From the NCBI GenBank assembly GCA_004431415.1, contig QPMI01000395.1:62001-126000 (forward strand): a stretch of DNA of 64,000 nt, written 5' to 3'. A program made the translations under genes and the position numbers. Shown here piece after piece: positions 23,020 through 37,563 of the stretch. The stretch comes from Cyanophora paradoxa CCMP329. Its lineage: Eukaryota > Plantae > Glaucophyta. Numbering within the stretch: the first letter of the stretch is position 1; each line of letters starts with the position of its first letter. The notes beneath the pieces are model-generated. The model ran no database searches and was not told the DNA's origin. It saw only the letters and a program-made list of their open reading frames with translations.

Positions 23020-23224
23020 TCTAGGTATACGTATGCGTAGATCGCACGGATCTATAGCTAGATCTCTCCTCGATCGATATCGCACATCCTTTTCCTCTCT
23101 TTCATTTCCCCTCTCTCTGGATCTCTCAATTATCCGGTCAGGATTATCCGCGAGTTTCCTCCCTTCCCGAGTCCTCAAGCTTAGGCTCTCCGCGAATTCG
23201 AAACGTCGAAATCCGCTCGCAGCG

Positions 23225-26200
23225 ATGGCGGCCTTTCTCCCGGCGCCGCTCCCTCCCGCGCGCGCCTCAGCACCGACCGCGCCCCTCGTCGTCTTTGCGC
23301 CGCTCGCGATCGGCCGCCCCGCCGGCGCTGATCGCGCCGGCTCTCGTTCCGCTTGCAATTGGTCCGGCAGCACACTCGGTGCCGGGCGGAGGCGACCGGC
23401 CGCAGCGGGGGCGATCGGCCGGAGCTTTTTCGCGGGCGTGGGATCCCCCGCGCGCCTCCTGAGCCGCGGCCGGCCAGCAGCGGCAGGACAAGGTGCGCTC
23501 GGGAGAGTGCGCGAAAACGTGCCGGTTCAGCTTAAATAAGCATACTTACATGCGGAATCGCTTTTATTTGGGTTGCTCACGCGCGCGCAGGAGCCCGCTT
23601 TGAGTTCGCGGTCCGGGCGGAGCTCGGCGGCCCGGACGTCGACAGCCCCCTCCCGCCGGCACCCACCGGCTCCGACGCGCCCGTCAGCGGCGGCAGCAAC
23701 GGCGCGGGCGCGGCATCGCCGGCCCGCAAGCCAGACGCGCCGGGCGGCCAAGCTGCTGGCCTCGCGTGCCCGCTCCCTTCGCCGTCGGCCGAGGCCGGCG
23801 CGGCAAAGCAGACGGAGCCGACGGCCGATCGCGAGCAGCAGCCCTTCGAGTGGCGCAAAAACTGGTGCCGCAAATTCGAAGCCGAAGCTCCGGCGCGCGG
23901 GCCATCGGACCGGCTGCGGGGCTCACGCGCGCCCGGGCGGCGGGGGCGCGCGCAGGTACCCGGTGGCCTTCGTGGAGGACTTCCCGCGGGCCGCCCGTAC
24001 CCCTTCTCCCTCTTCGACGAGCCCCTCGTCCTCTGGGCCGTGCGCCCCGCCCGCCCCGCGCCCGCGCCGCGCCTCGCGTCCCGAGCTCTCGAGCTGCCGG
24101 CCGGCGCGCGCGGGGGGGGCGCAGGGGGAGGGCGGGGCGGTGCGCTGCGTGCTGGACCGGTGCCCGCACCGCGCGGTGCCGCTCTCGGACGGGCGCCTCG
24201 AGGGGCCCCTGCTCGAGTGCGGCTACCACGGGTGGCAGTTCGACGGATCCGGCCGCTGCGCGCGCATCCCGCAGCTCGAGGCCGGCGCCGCCATCAACCA
24301 GCGCCGCGCCTGCGTCGCCGCCTACCCCGTCGCCCTCGCCCAGGGCATCATCTTCGTGCCCGCCCCGCCCCGCCTCCCGAGCCCCGAGTCCCTTTAATTT
24401 CTCCCGAAAACGCCTCTCCAACCGTCTTGCACTGAGCGCGGGGCCGGCCGCGGGGGCAGGTGTGGGCGGACCCGAAGTCGCCCCCGACGAGTCCCTCATC
24501 CCCCGCATCGGTCCGCCCGAGCTCTAACTCTGCTATTAATATCCCTTACTGCCTCACTATCCACTCATCGGAGAACGTAGCACGTTTAATTTTAAATTTA
24601 ATTTTCGCATGCGCGTCTTTTGGATACGCGTCCTTTCTTAGTTTTCGCGCGGCCCGCGAAATCGGGCTTGCGTTCAATCATAAATTTCGCAGGACTAAAG
24701 TTCGCGTTTAATTTCGCAGGGCTGCTGGAGCACCCGGGCCTCTCGCCGGCCGTCTTCGACATGTCCCGCGACGTCCCCGTCGACCACACGATCACCCTCG
24801 AGAACCTCATGGGCGCGCCTCCTTTCTATGCACATATGCTAAGATTTTTAGAGTTGCAAATGTTTTTGGTTTCATCAGTTCTTTTGCATGCGCAGATCCC
24901 TCCCACGTACCCTTCGCGCACCATGTCCGCCTACATTTCGCGCCCTAGCCCACAAAGCCGACCTCGAATTGACTAGATTTCGGTGGTTTCGCAGGGGGCG
25001 CAGGGGACGCGGGAGTTCGCGGGCCCCATCGAGACGCGCGTCGCCGGCCGCTCGCCCGACGGCTTCCGAGGGACCTTCCGCATCTTAAGGCGGGCATTAA
25101 AATTATTGGCGTTGAGAAATTAAAGATAGAGCGCGTCGCCTTGCTAATTCTCCACTTTTCTCTTATCGTTTTGTCGCCGAAGCCCGGGGACACCCGCCGC
25201 ACTCGGCCACCGCACAATTGAGTTTCGGGTGCGGATGCGCCTCCAGGATGCGCTGCAGATATATATGCCGATATCTTTGCCTCCGGATAAATTGCTTCGC
25301 GATCGTGCGCGCAGGCGCCGTGCATGGTCGACATCACGATCGAGCAGGACAACGGGAGCGTCTCCAAACAGGCGAGTCGACGTCTTCTCATTCATCGACC
25401 GATCGAAGAGTCTCTTCAGCTATTATCGTTTTCTCTCGGCTTCGAACTCAAAAACCTTAGACACAAGAAATATGAATCTGAAGCTTTCTCAGATTTTCTG
25501 CGGACCCAAAGGGCCCTGATGCATCTCTTCGCAGGTCTTTTACGTGGTGCCGCTGGGCCCCGGGCGCGCCCGCGTCCACACCCGCTTCGTCAACATCGTC
25601 CCGAAGCCCGTCCTCGTGCGCTGCCGCCATCCCCGCCCTACAGGCGCGTCTCAGGCGCATCTCGCTCCCTGACTCAGCGGCACGCGCTCTCCGCCGCGCA
25701 GGCGGTGGCGCCGCGCTGGGCCCTCCACGCCTTCGCGAACCTGCCCCTCGACCAGGACATGATATTCCAGTGCGACCATCGGATTAAATTTTAAATGTGC
25801 TACGTTGTTATAAAGAGGACCAGGATTAAAATGCGCTGCGTTGTTACAAAAAGTTTTCGTTTTTGCTGTATAGGACATGATCTTCCAGTGCGCTCGATTC
25901 TCAGCGTTGTTCTGAAGAGCTTGAATTGCTTTAATTTCTCTGCGGCTTGAGCTTAAGCTTTAATTTACACTTTGCTTTGCTGCAGGTGCTACCAGCAGCG
26001 GCACCTGCGGGCGGCGGGCGGGGACTGGGCCGCCGCCTACTCCATTCTCGCCCCCTGCGACCGGTGCACCCCTCTAGATTTAAAGCAGCAGCTTTTCTTC
26101 TTCTTGTTTTCGCGCGCCTGGTATGGATGGCTTAAGCTTTAGGCAGGTTCGTGGTGGAGTTCCGGCGCTGGCTGGACGGGGCGCAGGCGAGCCTCCCCGT

Positions 26201-26542
26201 CCGATACACCGACGCCGCGCTCCCCGACGCCCCGCTGTGCGCTGCTCGGCGTTCGCGTTCAAATTAAATTGGATTACTGATTCTAAATTCGAACTAAATG
26301 GAGCTCCAGCGAACTAAATTCGATGCATATCTATGATTGGAGCGCACGTGATTTGCAACTGATTTAAGCGACGCGTAGAAAGAAGCTTCGATCTGAATAT
26401 TTAATTCTAAATCAAAGAAGCTGCCCCCGTCAACTTACTCTTGACGCTTTTCGCGCATGCGCAGGCCGCCGCCTTCGGTGCTGCTGGACCGCTACGAGCA
26501 GCACACGCGGCGCTGCCCCGCGTGCTCCTCCGCCCTCCGCCG

Positions 26543-26574
<32 letters not shown>

Positions 26575-26744
26575 CCGCCGTCGCCGGCGCGCTCCTCGGC
26601 GCCGCGGCGCTGCCCGCGGGGGCGTGGGCGCTGGCGGGCGCGGGCCTCGGAGTCGCGGCGGCGGGGGCCGTCGCGGGGGCTGCCCTGCGGCAGGTGGAGC
26701 GGCAACTCACGTACTTCCCCAACGATCTCAATAAGCGGCCGTGA
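23225..26744 (+). CDS. Rieske oxygenase gene A, copy 2
   Basis: Near-identical to 11364-14881, with all motifs present. Confidence 0.9.
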
Positions 26745-29700
26745 TCAAATGTATGCATGACCGCCTCGAATTTGAACTGAGTCGTTGCATCATGGCATGT
26801 GTATACTATATATCCGCGGGCGCGTTTCCGCGGTTCGTCGGAAAGTCAGGGTCTAGATCTAGATCTCCGGATCCTTCGTCGTCCGATTCCCGATCGGGAC
26901 TCGCAAATCCGCATGCGCAAGCCGAGAGGCAGCTGCAGACTGGGAGGTGAGGGGCTGCAGCTCGTTCCCGATCCGGATCCGTCGGAGGCAAGACGGCAGT
27001 CGAGGCCGAGGAATTGGAGACACGGTCTGAAAGGGCAGCCATGAGCCCGTACCGTAAGCCCGTGCCGAAGGGGACCCAGCTAGCGCCGCGTAGGCTGGCG
27101 CCGGTGCTGAAATCGAGGCGCGTACCGGCAGCGCCGCTGTGAGGCTCGCGACCGGTGTCAGTGGCCTGCAGCTGGGGCGGCGCGAGAGCGGCTGAGGACG
27201 CGACGGCTTCCTGCAGCTGCTGCTGAAGGAATGCGGCAGTTCCGCGGTCCTGTGCCGACGTTGTCATCGAGACCAGAGTCGTGGTCGCGATCGGCGTCGG
27301 AGCTGTAACGAGCTCAAGGGGGCCGGCCTCGCCGTCGCCGTCGCGGCACAGTTTTGACGATTTCAGATACATTCAGGAATCGAAGCCGCTGCATGCGCAG
27401 CGGACTTCAGCTGCTAGTAGCCTGCTACTGCAGCAGCACCCATGGCCCAGGGGCTCCCAGAGTCTCAAAGAGTCTTAAGCTTCATGCTAACGTTGATTAC
27501 TGTAGGATTGCTTATTTAGCCGTGGTTTTAAATAGCCGTAAATCGCCGAGAGGCCGAATTCGGCAATTTAGACACACGGCAATTGTAAGGGGGTAGGGCT
27601 AAACGGCCGCTTTGTATGGCACAATTGCAATAGAAGAAATCCAGCGTTTCGGCAATTTATCGTCACCGCAATTCCGATTTTGGGCGAATTCGGCAATTAA
27701 ACAAAGCGGCAATTTAAGCAATCGCGATCGATGACACTGTGACAAGCCCTATCGTAGTATATAATCGTACTAGTAGTACATGTTACTACATGACAAGTAC
27801 ATGACACTAGTCACACTACATGTACACCGACTCACTACTGAGTCAACGTCCGACGGTCGCCGGCGGCCGGACTCCCGAGTCCGAGCTGAGAGCCTGAGGC
27901 TCGCCCCCGAGCCGGCGCCGGGCGCCCGCCGCGCCGGCGGCCGACCACCGGCGATCGCGAATCATCGATTCGCGATCGCGACCATCTATGGTCCCATTGG
28001 TCCGGCATCCGTCAAATCGGCGGCGACCGCGGCAGATGTCGAATCATTGTCGAGTCGTCCACCCCATGGCAGGCTTATGCACGTGCACGTGCACTTTTCG
28101 AATTCAATTGAAAAAACAAGTTTCCGACTCTTTTTGTTGAACTTCCGAGCTACTTAGTGCTACTACTTTTGTTGAACTTCCGAGCTACAGTCAGAGTTAC
28201 TCTGTGACGATTCGAGTCTCAGAGTCTCTGAGACTCTGAGTCTCTGACTGGGTTAACCCCAACAGGGCCCTACCGGTTCTTAACCGTTGCCAAAGTTGAA
28301 CTGACCGTCGGACGATTCGCAATCGATCGCGAGTGCGATTCGGTCCCGACTCCTGACCGCGGTATGCGCATATGCACATACCAGGGTATGCATGCCGCAG
28401 AGTCGGCGCAGACCGTCGGACTGGCCCGGCGCCAGGCCTAGGCCCGCAGACTAGGGCCGCAGGCCCGCAGTACGGTCGTAACGGTACATGACATGTACAC
28501 TGTACAGTTCACTGAGTCAGGCTCGTTCAAGTTTCAAAATTTCAAACTTGACAAGTTCAACGGTTTACAACTTGCCATGGCCAGGCCGTGGTCCATATGC
28601 AATGTTATGCATGGCCGGCGTTGGCCGCAGGCGACGGCGCCGACGGGGCCCTTAGACGGTTAGTTAGACCCCATTAATATTCAGGCCAGATTCGAAAGCT
28701 CCGAAGTATCTTAGAAGCCTGCAGGCTGCAGACTGCACTGCCGCTGCAGGCTGCAGCCCCCGGGCCCCTGCCAGCCCGGGCCCCGGCCCGTAGTGCTGCC
28801 AGTGGGTTCAGTCAGGGTCCCCCCCTGACCCAGTCGCTCAGCCCCCCTGACTGTGACTGAATCAGTCAACCCGAGGTTCAGTCAGGCTACCGTGCAAAAA
28901 CTAAGGAAAATGACCCAGAAATGACCCAGATGCGATCCATCTAAGTTGCCAAGCACAGTGAGCGGGCAGTAGAGGGTAATTATGCAAACAAAGAACAATG
29001 GAGAAAGAAATTCAGCCCCCGCCAGGTGTCAGAGGCCGTTAGCCTCGCTAGCGCGGGCGGTTTCGTTCAGATTTCGTTGTTTTTCTGGAGGTAAGACGGC
29101 AGAAGATCCTTTTTAGGTCGACCCACGTCAAGCTTTAGATGGGAAAAGCCCACAGGGGGGCACGCTCCCAGCAGGGTTTTCTATGGGACTGAGAGAACCT
29201 CATGATCAGTCGGCCAATTTGGTGACTCAGTCGGGTCAGTCAGACCCTCTGACTTTGACTGACAGTGACTGAACCCAGCCCTAGGCCCCCGGCCCCCGGG
29301 CCCCGGGCCCCGGGCCGCGGCGCGCCGCGCCGGGCGGCCTCCTGCCACTGCCTGCAGCTGCCACTGCCTGCCAGCTGCAGGACTTCCGAAGTTCGGAGCC
29401 TCGGAGCTACCAGGTAGAGGACTCCGGGAGCCTCGGACTCCCGGGAGTCAGGGTTCGTACCGGTATCATAGTATGGATGGCCACTGGGGCTAGTATAGTG
29501 GGCCGTTACCCGGCCGTACTACTAGTACTACGTAATACGTATACGGTAGTAGTGACCGCTGGGGGCCTGGGGCCAGTGGCCGGGCGCCACCGTACCAGAG
29601 TCCGGCGACTCGGCGGCGCCGGCGAGTCGTTAGTGACTCGTTAGTAGAGTCGTTACCAGACTCTCAGTAATATAACCTTACTAGGCTTAGTTACCCCGGG

Positions 29701-30061
29701 AACTTACCCGACTAGGGCTGTCGTCAGTCAGCCCCCCGGCTGGACCCCCGCGCGCGGCGCTAGCTATTTAGCACATCGCACTGCAGCTGCACCCTGCAGC
29801 CAACTGTAAACATAGTCTTGCATGCGCAGCTACGAATCGATCTTCTTTAGCGCAACCGTTGAACAACAAGTTTCGAGGCGACCTCGACGTCGGCAGGCTA
29901 GCGCTCGAGTCACCGTCGCACTGCGAAAGCATACGTATACGGCGACCGTTCGCGTATACACGTACGCGTACGTATACGCACATTTATAGCACGTTGTATA
30001 ATCAACGTTGGCCTGCAGCTTAAGACTCTGGGCGGCCCTGCACCTGGGTGCTCTAGATTTG

Positions 30062-31828
30062 ATGAAAGTCAACACATGTACAGGCGCACGCAACATGCAT
30101 ACGTTTCCAGCCAGCACATGTACAGCGCCGGTCGACAGCACCATAGCGCCGAAAGTCGGCCGCAGCATTTCAAGGCAGAATTCCCGCCCCCGGATCATCT
30201 CTGCAAATCCATCGGAGTCATCCCGTACGCATGCCAGAGCGTGCGGGGCCGCGTCGGCGCAAAAGTCGTCCAAGGATAGCGTTTCACAGCCTGCGTCAGC
30301 GAAGGGAAATGCGCTGGCGCTGCAGCCGCCTCGGTGTGCCTGTCCAGCCACGTACAATGAGGAGAGGAATAACGACCGGCTGGATAATATTAATCTGCTT
30401 ATGCGCGTTTCGCAGTCTGGCATAATCGACCAGGTTCGGGCATCTTTCCCTTTCGAATTCGCGCCTCTCAATAAAATCCGGTGTCGAATTCAATGACGTT
30501 GACGCCGCCGAAATTGACCATCGGACGTCAGTTGTGGGGAGCCGTGGTCGCCGTGGACGCAGTGGTTGGAGTGGAAGCTGTACACGCCATCGATATCTCT
30601 AGATCTGCCCCGCGATCTCTGTCGCAGCCGTCCCGGCCCGCCGTGGAAATACCTGCTGCCGAAGGCGCCTCGCGATCGAGCTCGAGCCCATCGATATCGC
30701 GATCCTCCGTCTCGTTCCCGGCGTACGAGGCCTTCCACTTGGTTCGCGCTCTCGCTTTTAGCATAAGATTGCATGCGCGCGAGTTCTTCATGATCAATGA
30801 CCCGAAACTTCACCAGGCCCTGCACCGCGCGATTTCGTCGCCAAAAGTGCCATGGGACCTCGCCGACGGCAAGCAACTCGCACAGGTGCGAGTTTCTGAG
30901 CCCGTTCCTCTGAGCGATAAAAGTCTCGATCTCGATTAGTACCAAATGAGATGCGAAGCTGACTTGCACACGTGCGCGCGCGCAGGCAAACTGGGCCGTC
31001 GACACAGACGCGTGTGGGGGCACGCAAATGTCGCGGGAAGTTTTCGACAGGGCGGTGATCAGCGTGTCTAAGTTCTGGGCCGCGAAGCTCGAGAGCAGCG
31101 GATTCTTTACCGGCATACGCCTCCTGGCGCTGGACGCCGGCCTGGAAGGCGATGTCGACCTAGATCACCTCTTCCTCGCTTGCTTTCTCGTGGTGCGAAA
31201 TCATCGCCTCTTGCTCCTGCGCATGCGCATGCATCCTGAATATCGCATGTTCCGGAGCCGTTAAAAAAAACGTTAACCCTGAATACGCAGGCTGTGACGA
31301 AGCCTGTTTCTCCCGATTGCGATATCGATGGCGCGACGGCAAGCTTAAGTTCGAGGAACCGCTGCAACTCCGTCATTCGGTCTTGGATGGGTGCGCGACG
31401 CGTACGGCCGCTACTTGTTCGCCGAGTTGAATTCACAGTTTCCTAATACACGCGTGCGCTGATCGTGACTCACTCACGTCATGTCAGAGGTGGAGCTTGG
31501 CGTTTGCCATCCGAAAGGAGTCATGTCCGCGCTCCAGAAGCTGGTCGAGGCGTCGACCCGCCGCGCCCGCTGCTACAGCTCCGCGGCCGTGGACGGCGAC
31601 GCCGTTGTCGATTTCTCTAGATCTGCTCTTCCGCCTCCCGTTGCGGCTGTCGAGACGCGCCCGGCGACGCCGGAACCGTGCCTGGAACGCGACCGGCCTG
31701 CGTCCGCCCCGGGGGCCACGTCGGCCGGCTCCCGTTTGCCCCCCGAGGGGCTCCTTCGCTTTGCGCTGCACAACCGCATGGAGAAGCTACTCGCACAGCG
31801 CTGTAGAGCTCGACTTCGATCTTCGTAG
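30062..31828 (+). CDS. Hypothetical gene X, copy 2
   Basis: Near-identical to 19229-20989. Confidence 0.6.
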
Positions 31829-32135
31829 CTGCGGCTGCAGTGCAAACGTTTCCAGTACAGCTACAGATCTCGAGCTTGAGGTAGCTATATAGGCGCGGCC
31901 CCAGTCTGTAGCTGCCAAACCATTTTCATATTACCGCGGCCGAGGTTTACGTAACAAATACTGATATACTTAGTGGCAATACCTTCGCATGCAGAGAATT
32001 CGAAGCTTTATGTATATTTTACCCTTCGGAGAGACAAGACCCAATTGCAAATGCACATAGGTATACTATAGCTAGTACTGTACCTGTAGCAACTGCAGTA
32101 CACAAGATGGGAATTTCATGGTGTAGTATTAAATA

Positions 32136-33105
32136 CTAGGGGCCCGGCCGCGTTTGGCGCGCCGGGGGTGCAAGGGGGGAATCGGGATCTAATGAAAGAG
32201 TAGTAGTGGCACGAACATGCACGGGGCAGATGTAGATCGACCCCGGCCCAGCGCGCGCGGCAGGTTGAATTAGTAAATTAAAGATAGACACAGAGCGGCA
32301 TCTGGCCCGGCAAGGCTCGGAGCGACGATAGCTACCAGAAGCTGGATCCGTAACGACCGGAAAGCGGCGTGCAGCGGCGCGTCCGGAGGCAGTGCCCAGG
32401 CCGGGTAGCAGGCGGCGGGGGCGCACGCACGTGCACGCGGCCCGGCGGCGCAACACAGGGCTGCACGCGGCGTGCACGCAGGACACGAACTATAGCTAGT
32501 CTGCTGTCCGGGTGCCGATCGCAACAAGAGCGCCGAGCGCCCGGCCCGGCCGGCGTGCTCGGCCGGCACACGCGGTTCTGCAATATAAGCTCGATATAAG
32601 CTCGATATAAGCGCAGCAAGAGAGTACGGTCTAGATCTGGCCGGCCGGGCGTGCTCGGCTGCGATCAGCTGCAGCGGCGCAGGCAGCAACGCAAGCAGTT
32701 TCTAGGCGGAAATCTAGAGGAGACGTTGACAGGTAGAGAGAAGTGGTTCCATGCAGAATTGCGCAACGAAGAGCAAGGCGTACGCGACGCACTGCGAGGA
32801 AGCCGAAATCTAGAGGAGACAGCTAGGGAGAACTGGTTCCATGCAGAACCGCGCAAGGAATTCGAAGACCGGAGTTAGAGAGAAGTTAGTTTTCCCCTCG
32901 AAAACCACTTTTCCCCCTCTAATTCGACGCTCGAAAGTCGAGAGCTGACCGGTCCACCGAGCCAATCCGAACGCGAATAACCCGTCATTTTTTTCCGGTG
33001 TTGCAAACTGGACCTCGAAAACGGCCTCATAGAAAAGTTTTGGCTGAAGCGAGGGAACGGGAAGCAAGGGGGGGAAGACCTTCGGTCTTCTTTTCCCCCC
33101 TTGCA
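32136..33105 (-). mobile_element. Helitron2-like element, copy 2 (duplicated with the block)
   Basis: Same sequence and flanks as 21297-22263. Confidence 0.75.
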
Positions 33106-33126
33106 ATAAATGCAATGTTTCGCAGA

Positions 33127-33855
33127 CTGGCCTCCGCCGCCCGCCAGGGCTCGTCCCGTCGCGCCCGAAGCCGCAGGCCTGCGCACAGTCGTCCGCAGCG
33201 CCCCGGCGTTGCCCGCGTCCGTCGCGCCCTGCTCGAGCACCGAGACACGCCGCCACGCGTCGGCCCCGGCTCGGACGCGCGGACCGCAGATCTAGAGCCG
33301 CATGGTGGCTACTACAGGTGCAGTAGCTACTACAGGTGCATGCAGTGGCTACTACGGGAGTGTCAGCCTGCGTGTTTGTCAGCGACAGGGGCGCAACGGG
33401 CCCGGGCGCAGGCGTTATCCGGGACCGCACCACGCACTTCGCACCAAGAGCGCACCACGAGCCGTAGCTGATCATGAGTGCGTCGTGCTCGCTGCAGCTG
33501 CGGGCGTCGTGCGTCGGCCGCTCTGCGGCAGAACGAAGGCTAGGCCACAGTACGCCCGGACGCATCCAAACTATACTGCCTGGCTGTCTTCGATCCTCGG
33601 GCCTACGCAATGCTGATGTGGGCGCTGGTGTCAAGAGGCGTGCTGTGTGTTGAACTTCTCCTCTGTGCCAGCGACCGGCATTTCTCCTCGATCTCGTTAA
33701 AACTACTGATAGAAAGAAATAAGCTCTATAAGAATGCATATATATGCCATATATATGAAAAGGTTTAATTGACTGGCGTAGGGATTTCCAAGTCGACTTG
33801 CCCCCCCCCTGTCATACAAACCGAGTTGTGGGACCGACTTTTTTCGCGAGCTGTG
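33127..33855. mobile_element. Right-end fragment of the CACTA-like element
   Basis: Matches 10424-11158. Confidence 0.85.
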
Positions 33856-34060
33856 TCTAGGTATACGTATGCGTAGATCGCACGGATCTATAGCTAGATC
33901 TCTCCTCGATCGATATCGCACATCCTTTTCCTCTCTTTCATTTCCCCTCTCTCTGGATCTCTCAATTATCCGGTCAGGATTATCCGCGAGTTTCCTCCCT
34001 TCCCGAGTCCTCAAGCTTAGGCTCTCCGCGAATTCGAAACGTCGAAATCCGCTCGCAGCG

Positions 34061-37000
34061 ATGGCGGCCTTTCTCCCGGCGCCGCTCCCTCCCGCGCGCG
34101 CCTCAGCACCGACCGCGCCCTCGTCGTCTTTGCGCCGCTCGCGATCGGCCGCCCCGCCGGCGCTGATCGCGCCGGCTCTCGTTCCGCTTGCAATTGGTCC
34201 GGCAGCACACTCGGTGCCGGGCGGAGGCGACCGGCCGCAGCGGGGCGATCGGCCGGAGCTTTTTCGCGGGCGTGGGATCCCCGCGCGCCTCCTGAGCCGC
34301 GGCCGGCCAGCAGCGGCAGGACAAGGTGCGCTCGGGAGAGTGCGCGAAAACGTGCCGGTTCAGCTTAAATAAGCATACTTACATGCGGAATCGCTTTTAT
34401 TTGGGTTGCTCACGCGCGCGCAGGAGCCCGCTTTGAGTTCGCGGTCCGGGCGGAGCTCGGCGGCCCGGACGTCGACAGCCCCCTCCCGCCGGCACCCACC
34501 GGCTCCGACGCGCCCGTCAGCGGCGGCAGCAACGGCGCGGGCGCGGCATCGCCGGCCCGCAAGCCAGACGCGCCGGGCGGCCAAGCTGCTGGCCTCGCGT
34601 GCCCGCTCCCTTCGCCGTCGGCCGAGGCCGGCGCGGCAAAGCAGACGGAGCCGACGGCCGATCGCGAGCAGCAGCCCTTCGAGTGGCGCAAAAACTGGTG
34701 CCGCAAATTCGAAGCCGAAGCTCCGGCGCGCGGGCCATCGGACCGGCTGCGGGCTCACGCGCGCCCGGCGGCGGGGGCGCGCGCAGGTACCCGGTGGCCT
34801 TCGTGGAGGACTTCCCGCGGGGCCGCCCGTACCCTTCTCCCTCTTCGACGAGCCCCTCGTCCTCTGGGCCGTGCGCCCCGCCCGCCCCGCGCCCCGCGCC
34901 GCGCCTCGCGTCCCGAGCTCTCGAGCTGCCGGCCGGCGCGCGCGGGGGGCGCAGGGGAGGGCGGGGCGGTGCGCTGCGTGCTGGACCGGTGCCCGCACCG
35001 CGCGGTGCCGCTCTCGGACGGGCGCCTCGAGGGGCCCTGCTCGAGTGCGGCTACCACGGGTGGCAGTTCGACGGATCCGGCCGCTGCGCGCGCATCCCGC
35101 AGCTCGAGGCCGGCGCCGCCATCAACCAGCGCCGCGCCTGCGTCGCCGCCTACCCCGTCGCCCTCGCCCAGGGCATCATCTTCGTGCCCGCCCCGCCCCG
35201 CTCCCGAGCCCCGAGTCCCTTAATTTCTCCCGAAAACGCCTCTCCAACCGTCTTGCACTGAGCGCGGGGCCGGCCGCGGGGCAGGTGTGGGCGGACCCGA
35301 AGTCGCCCCCGACGAGTCCCTCATCCCCCGCATCGGTCCGCCCCGAGCTCTAACTCTGCTATTAATATCCCTTACTGCCTCACTATCCACTCATCGGAGA
35401 ACGTAGCACGTTTAATTTTAAATTTAATTTTCGCATGCGCGTCTTTTGGATACGCGTCCTTTCTTAGTTTTCGCGCGGCCCGCGAAATCGGGCTTGCGTT
35501 CAATCATAAATTTCGCAGGACTAAAGTTCGCGTTTAATTTCGCAGGGCTGCTGGAGCACCCGGGCCTCTCGCCGGCCGTCTTCGACATGTCCCGCGACGT
35601 CCCCGTCGACCACACGATCACCCTCGAGAACCTCATGGGCGCGCCTCCTTTCTATGCACATATGCTAAGATTTTTAGAGTTGCAAATGTTTTTGGTTTCA
35701 TCAGTTCTTTTGCATGCGCAGATCCCTCCCACGTACCCTTCGCGCACCATGTCCGCCTACATTTCGCGCCCTAGCCCACAAAGCCGACCTCGAATTGACT
35801 AGATTTCGGTGGTTTCGCAGGGGCGCAGGGACGCGGGAGTTCGCGGGCCCCATCGAGACGCGCGTCGCCGGCCGCTCGCCCGACGGCTTCCGAGGGACCT
35901 TCCGCATCTTAAGGCGGGCATTAAAATTATTGGCGTTGAGAAATTAAAGATAGAGCGCGTCGCCTTGCTAATTCTCCACTTTTCTCTTATCGTTTTGTCG
36001 CCGAAGCCCGGGGACACCCGCCGCACTCGGCCACCGCACAATTGAGTTTCGGGTGCGGATGCGCCTCCAGGATGCGCTGCAGATATATATGCCGATATCT
36101 TTGCCTCCGGATAAATTGCTTCGCGATCGTGCGCGCAGGCGCCGTGCATGGTCGACATCACGATCGAGCAGGACAACGGAGCGTCTCCAAACAGGCGAGT
36201 CGACGTCTTCTCATTCATCGACCGATCGAAGAGTCTCTTCAGCTATTATCGTTTTCTCTCGGCTTCGAACTCAAAAACCTTAGACACAAGAAATATGAAT
36301 CTGAAGCTTTCTCAGATTTTCTGCGGACCCAAAGGGCCCTGATGCATCTCTTCGCAGGTCTTTTACGTGGTGCCGCTGGGCCCGGGCGCGCCCGCGTCCA
36401 CACCCGCTTCGTCAACATCGTCCCGAAGCCCGTCCTCGTGCGCTGCCGCCATCCCCGCCCTACAGGCGCGTCTCAGGCGCATCTCGCTCCCTGACTCAGC
36501 GGCACGCGCTCTCCGCCGCGCAGGCGGTGGCGCCGCGCTGGGCCCTCCACGCCTTCGCGAACCTGCCCCTCGACCAGGACATGATATTCCAGTGCGACCA
36601 TCGGATTAAATTTTAAATGTGCTACGTTGTTATAAAGAGGACCAGGATTAAAATGCGCTGCGTTGTTACAAAAAGTTTTCGTTTTTGCTGTATAGGACAT
36701 GATCTTCCAGTGCGCTCGATTCTCAGCGTTGTTCTGAAGAGCTTGAATTGCTTTAATTTCTCTGCGGCTTGAGCTTAAGCTTTAATTTACACTTTGCTTT
36801 GCTGCAGGTGCTACCAGCAGCGGCACCTGCGGCGGCGGGCGGGGACTGGGCCGCCGCCTACTCCATTCTCGCCCCCTGCGACCGGTGCACCCCTCTAGAT
36901 TTAAAGCAGCAGCTTTTCTTCTTCTTGTTTTCGCGCGCCTGGTATGGATGGCTTAAGCTTTAGGCAGGTTCGTGGTGGAGTTCCGGCGCTGGCTGGACGG

Positions 37001-37363
37001 GGCGCAGGCGAGCCTCCCCGTCCGATACACCGACGCCGCGCTCCCCGACGCCCCGCTGTGCGCTGCTCGGCGTTCGCGTTCAAATTAAATTGGATTACTG
37101 ATTCTAAATTCGAACTAAATGGAGCTCCAGCGAACTAAATTCGATGCATATCTATGATTGGAGCGCACGTGATTTGCAACTGATTTAAGCGACGCGTAGA
37201 AAGAAGCTTCGATCTGAATATTTAATTCTAAATCAAAGAAGCTGCCCCCGTCAACTTACTCTTGACGCTTTTCGCGCATGCGCAGGCCGCCGCCTTCGGT
37301 GCTGCTGGACCGCTACGAGCAGCACACGCGGCGCTGCCCCGCGTGCTCCTCCGCCCTCCGCCG

Positions 37364-37395
<32 letters not shown>

Positions 37396-37563
37396 CCGCC
37401 GTCGCCGGCGCGCTCCTCGCGCCGCGGCGCTGCCCGCGGGGGCGTGGGCGCTGGCGGGCGCGGGCCTCGGAGTCGCGGCGGCGGGGGCCGTCGCGGGGCT
37501 GCCCTGCGGCAGGTGGAGCGGCAACTCACGTACTTCCCCAACGATCTCAATAAGCGGCCGTGA
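34061..37563 (+). CDS. Rieske oxygenase gene A, copy 3
   Basis: Near-identical to copy 1; more single-base losses in G/C runs, probably sequencing error. Confidence 0.85.

Larger units (their letters stand above)
22285..33126 (+). repeat. Tandem segmental duplication, unit 2 (10,842 bp; private 1042-bp deletion)
   Basis: Near-identical to unit 1 except for the deletion at 26814 and homopolymer indels. Confidence 0.95.

Noticed and set aside
11364-37563. Calling gene A copies (and the F-box gene or gene C) pseudogenes because of frameshifts
   Set aside because: The shifts examined are single-base differences in G/C homopolymers at different sites in each copy, typical of long-read error; short-read polishing is needed to decide.
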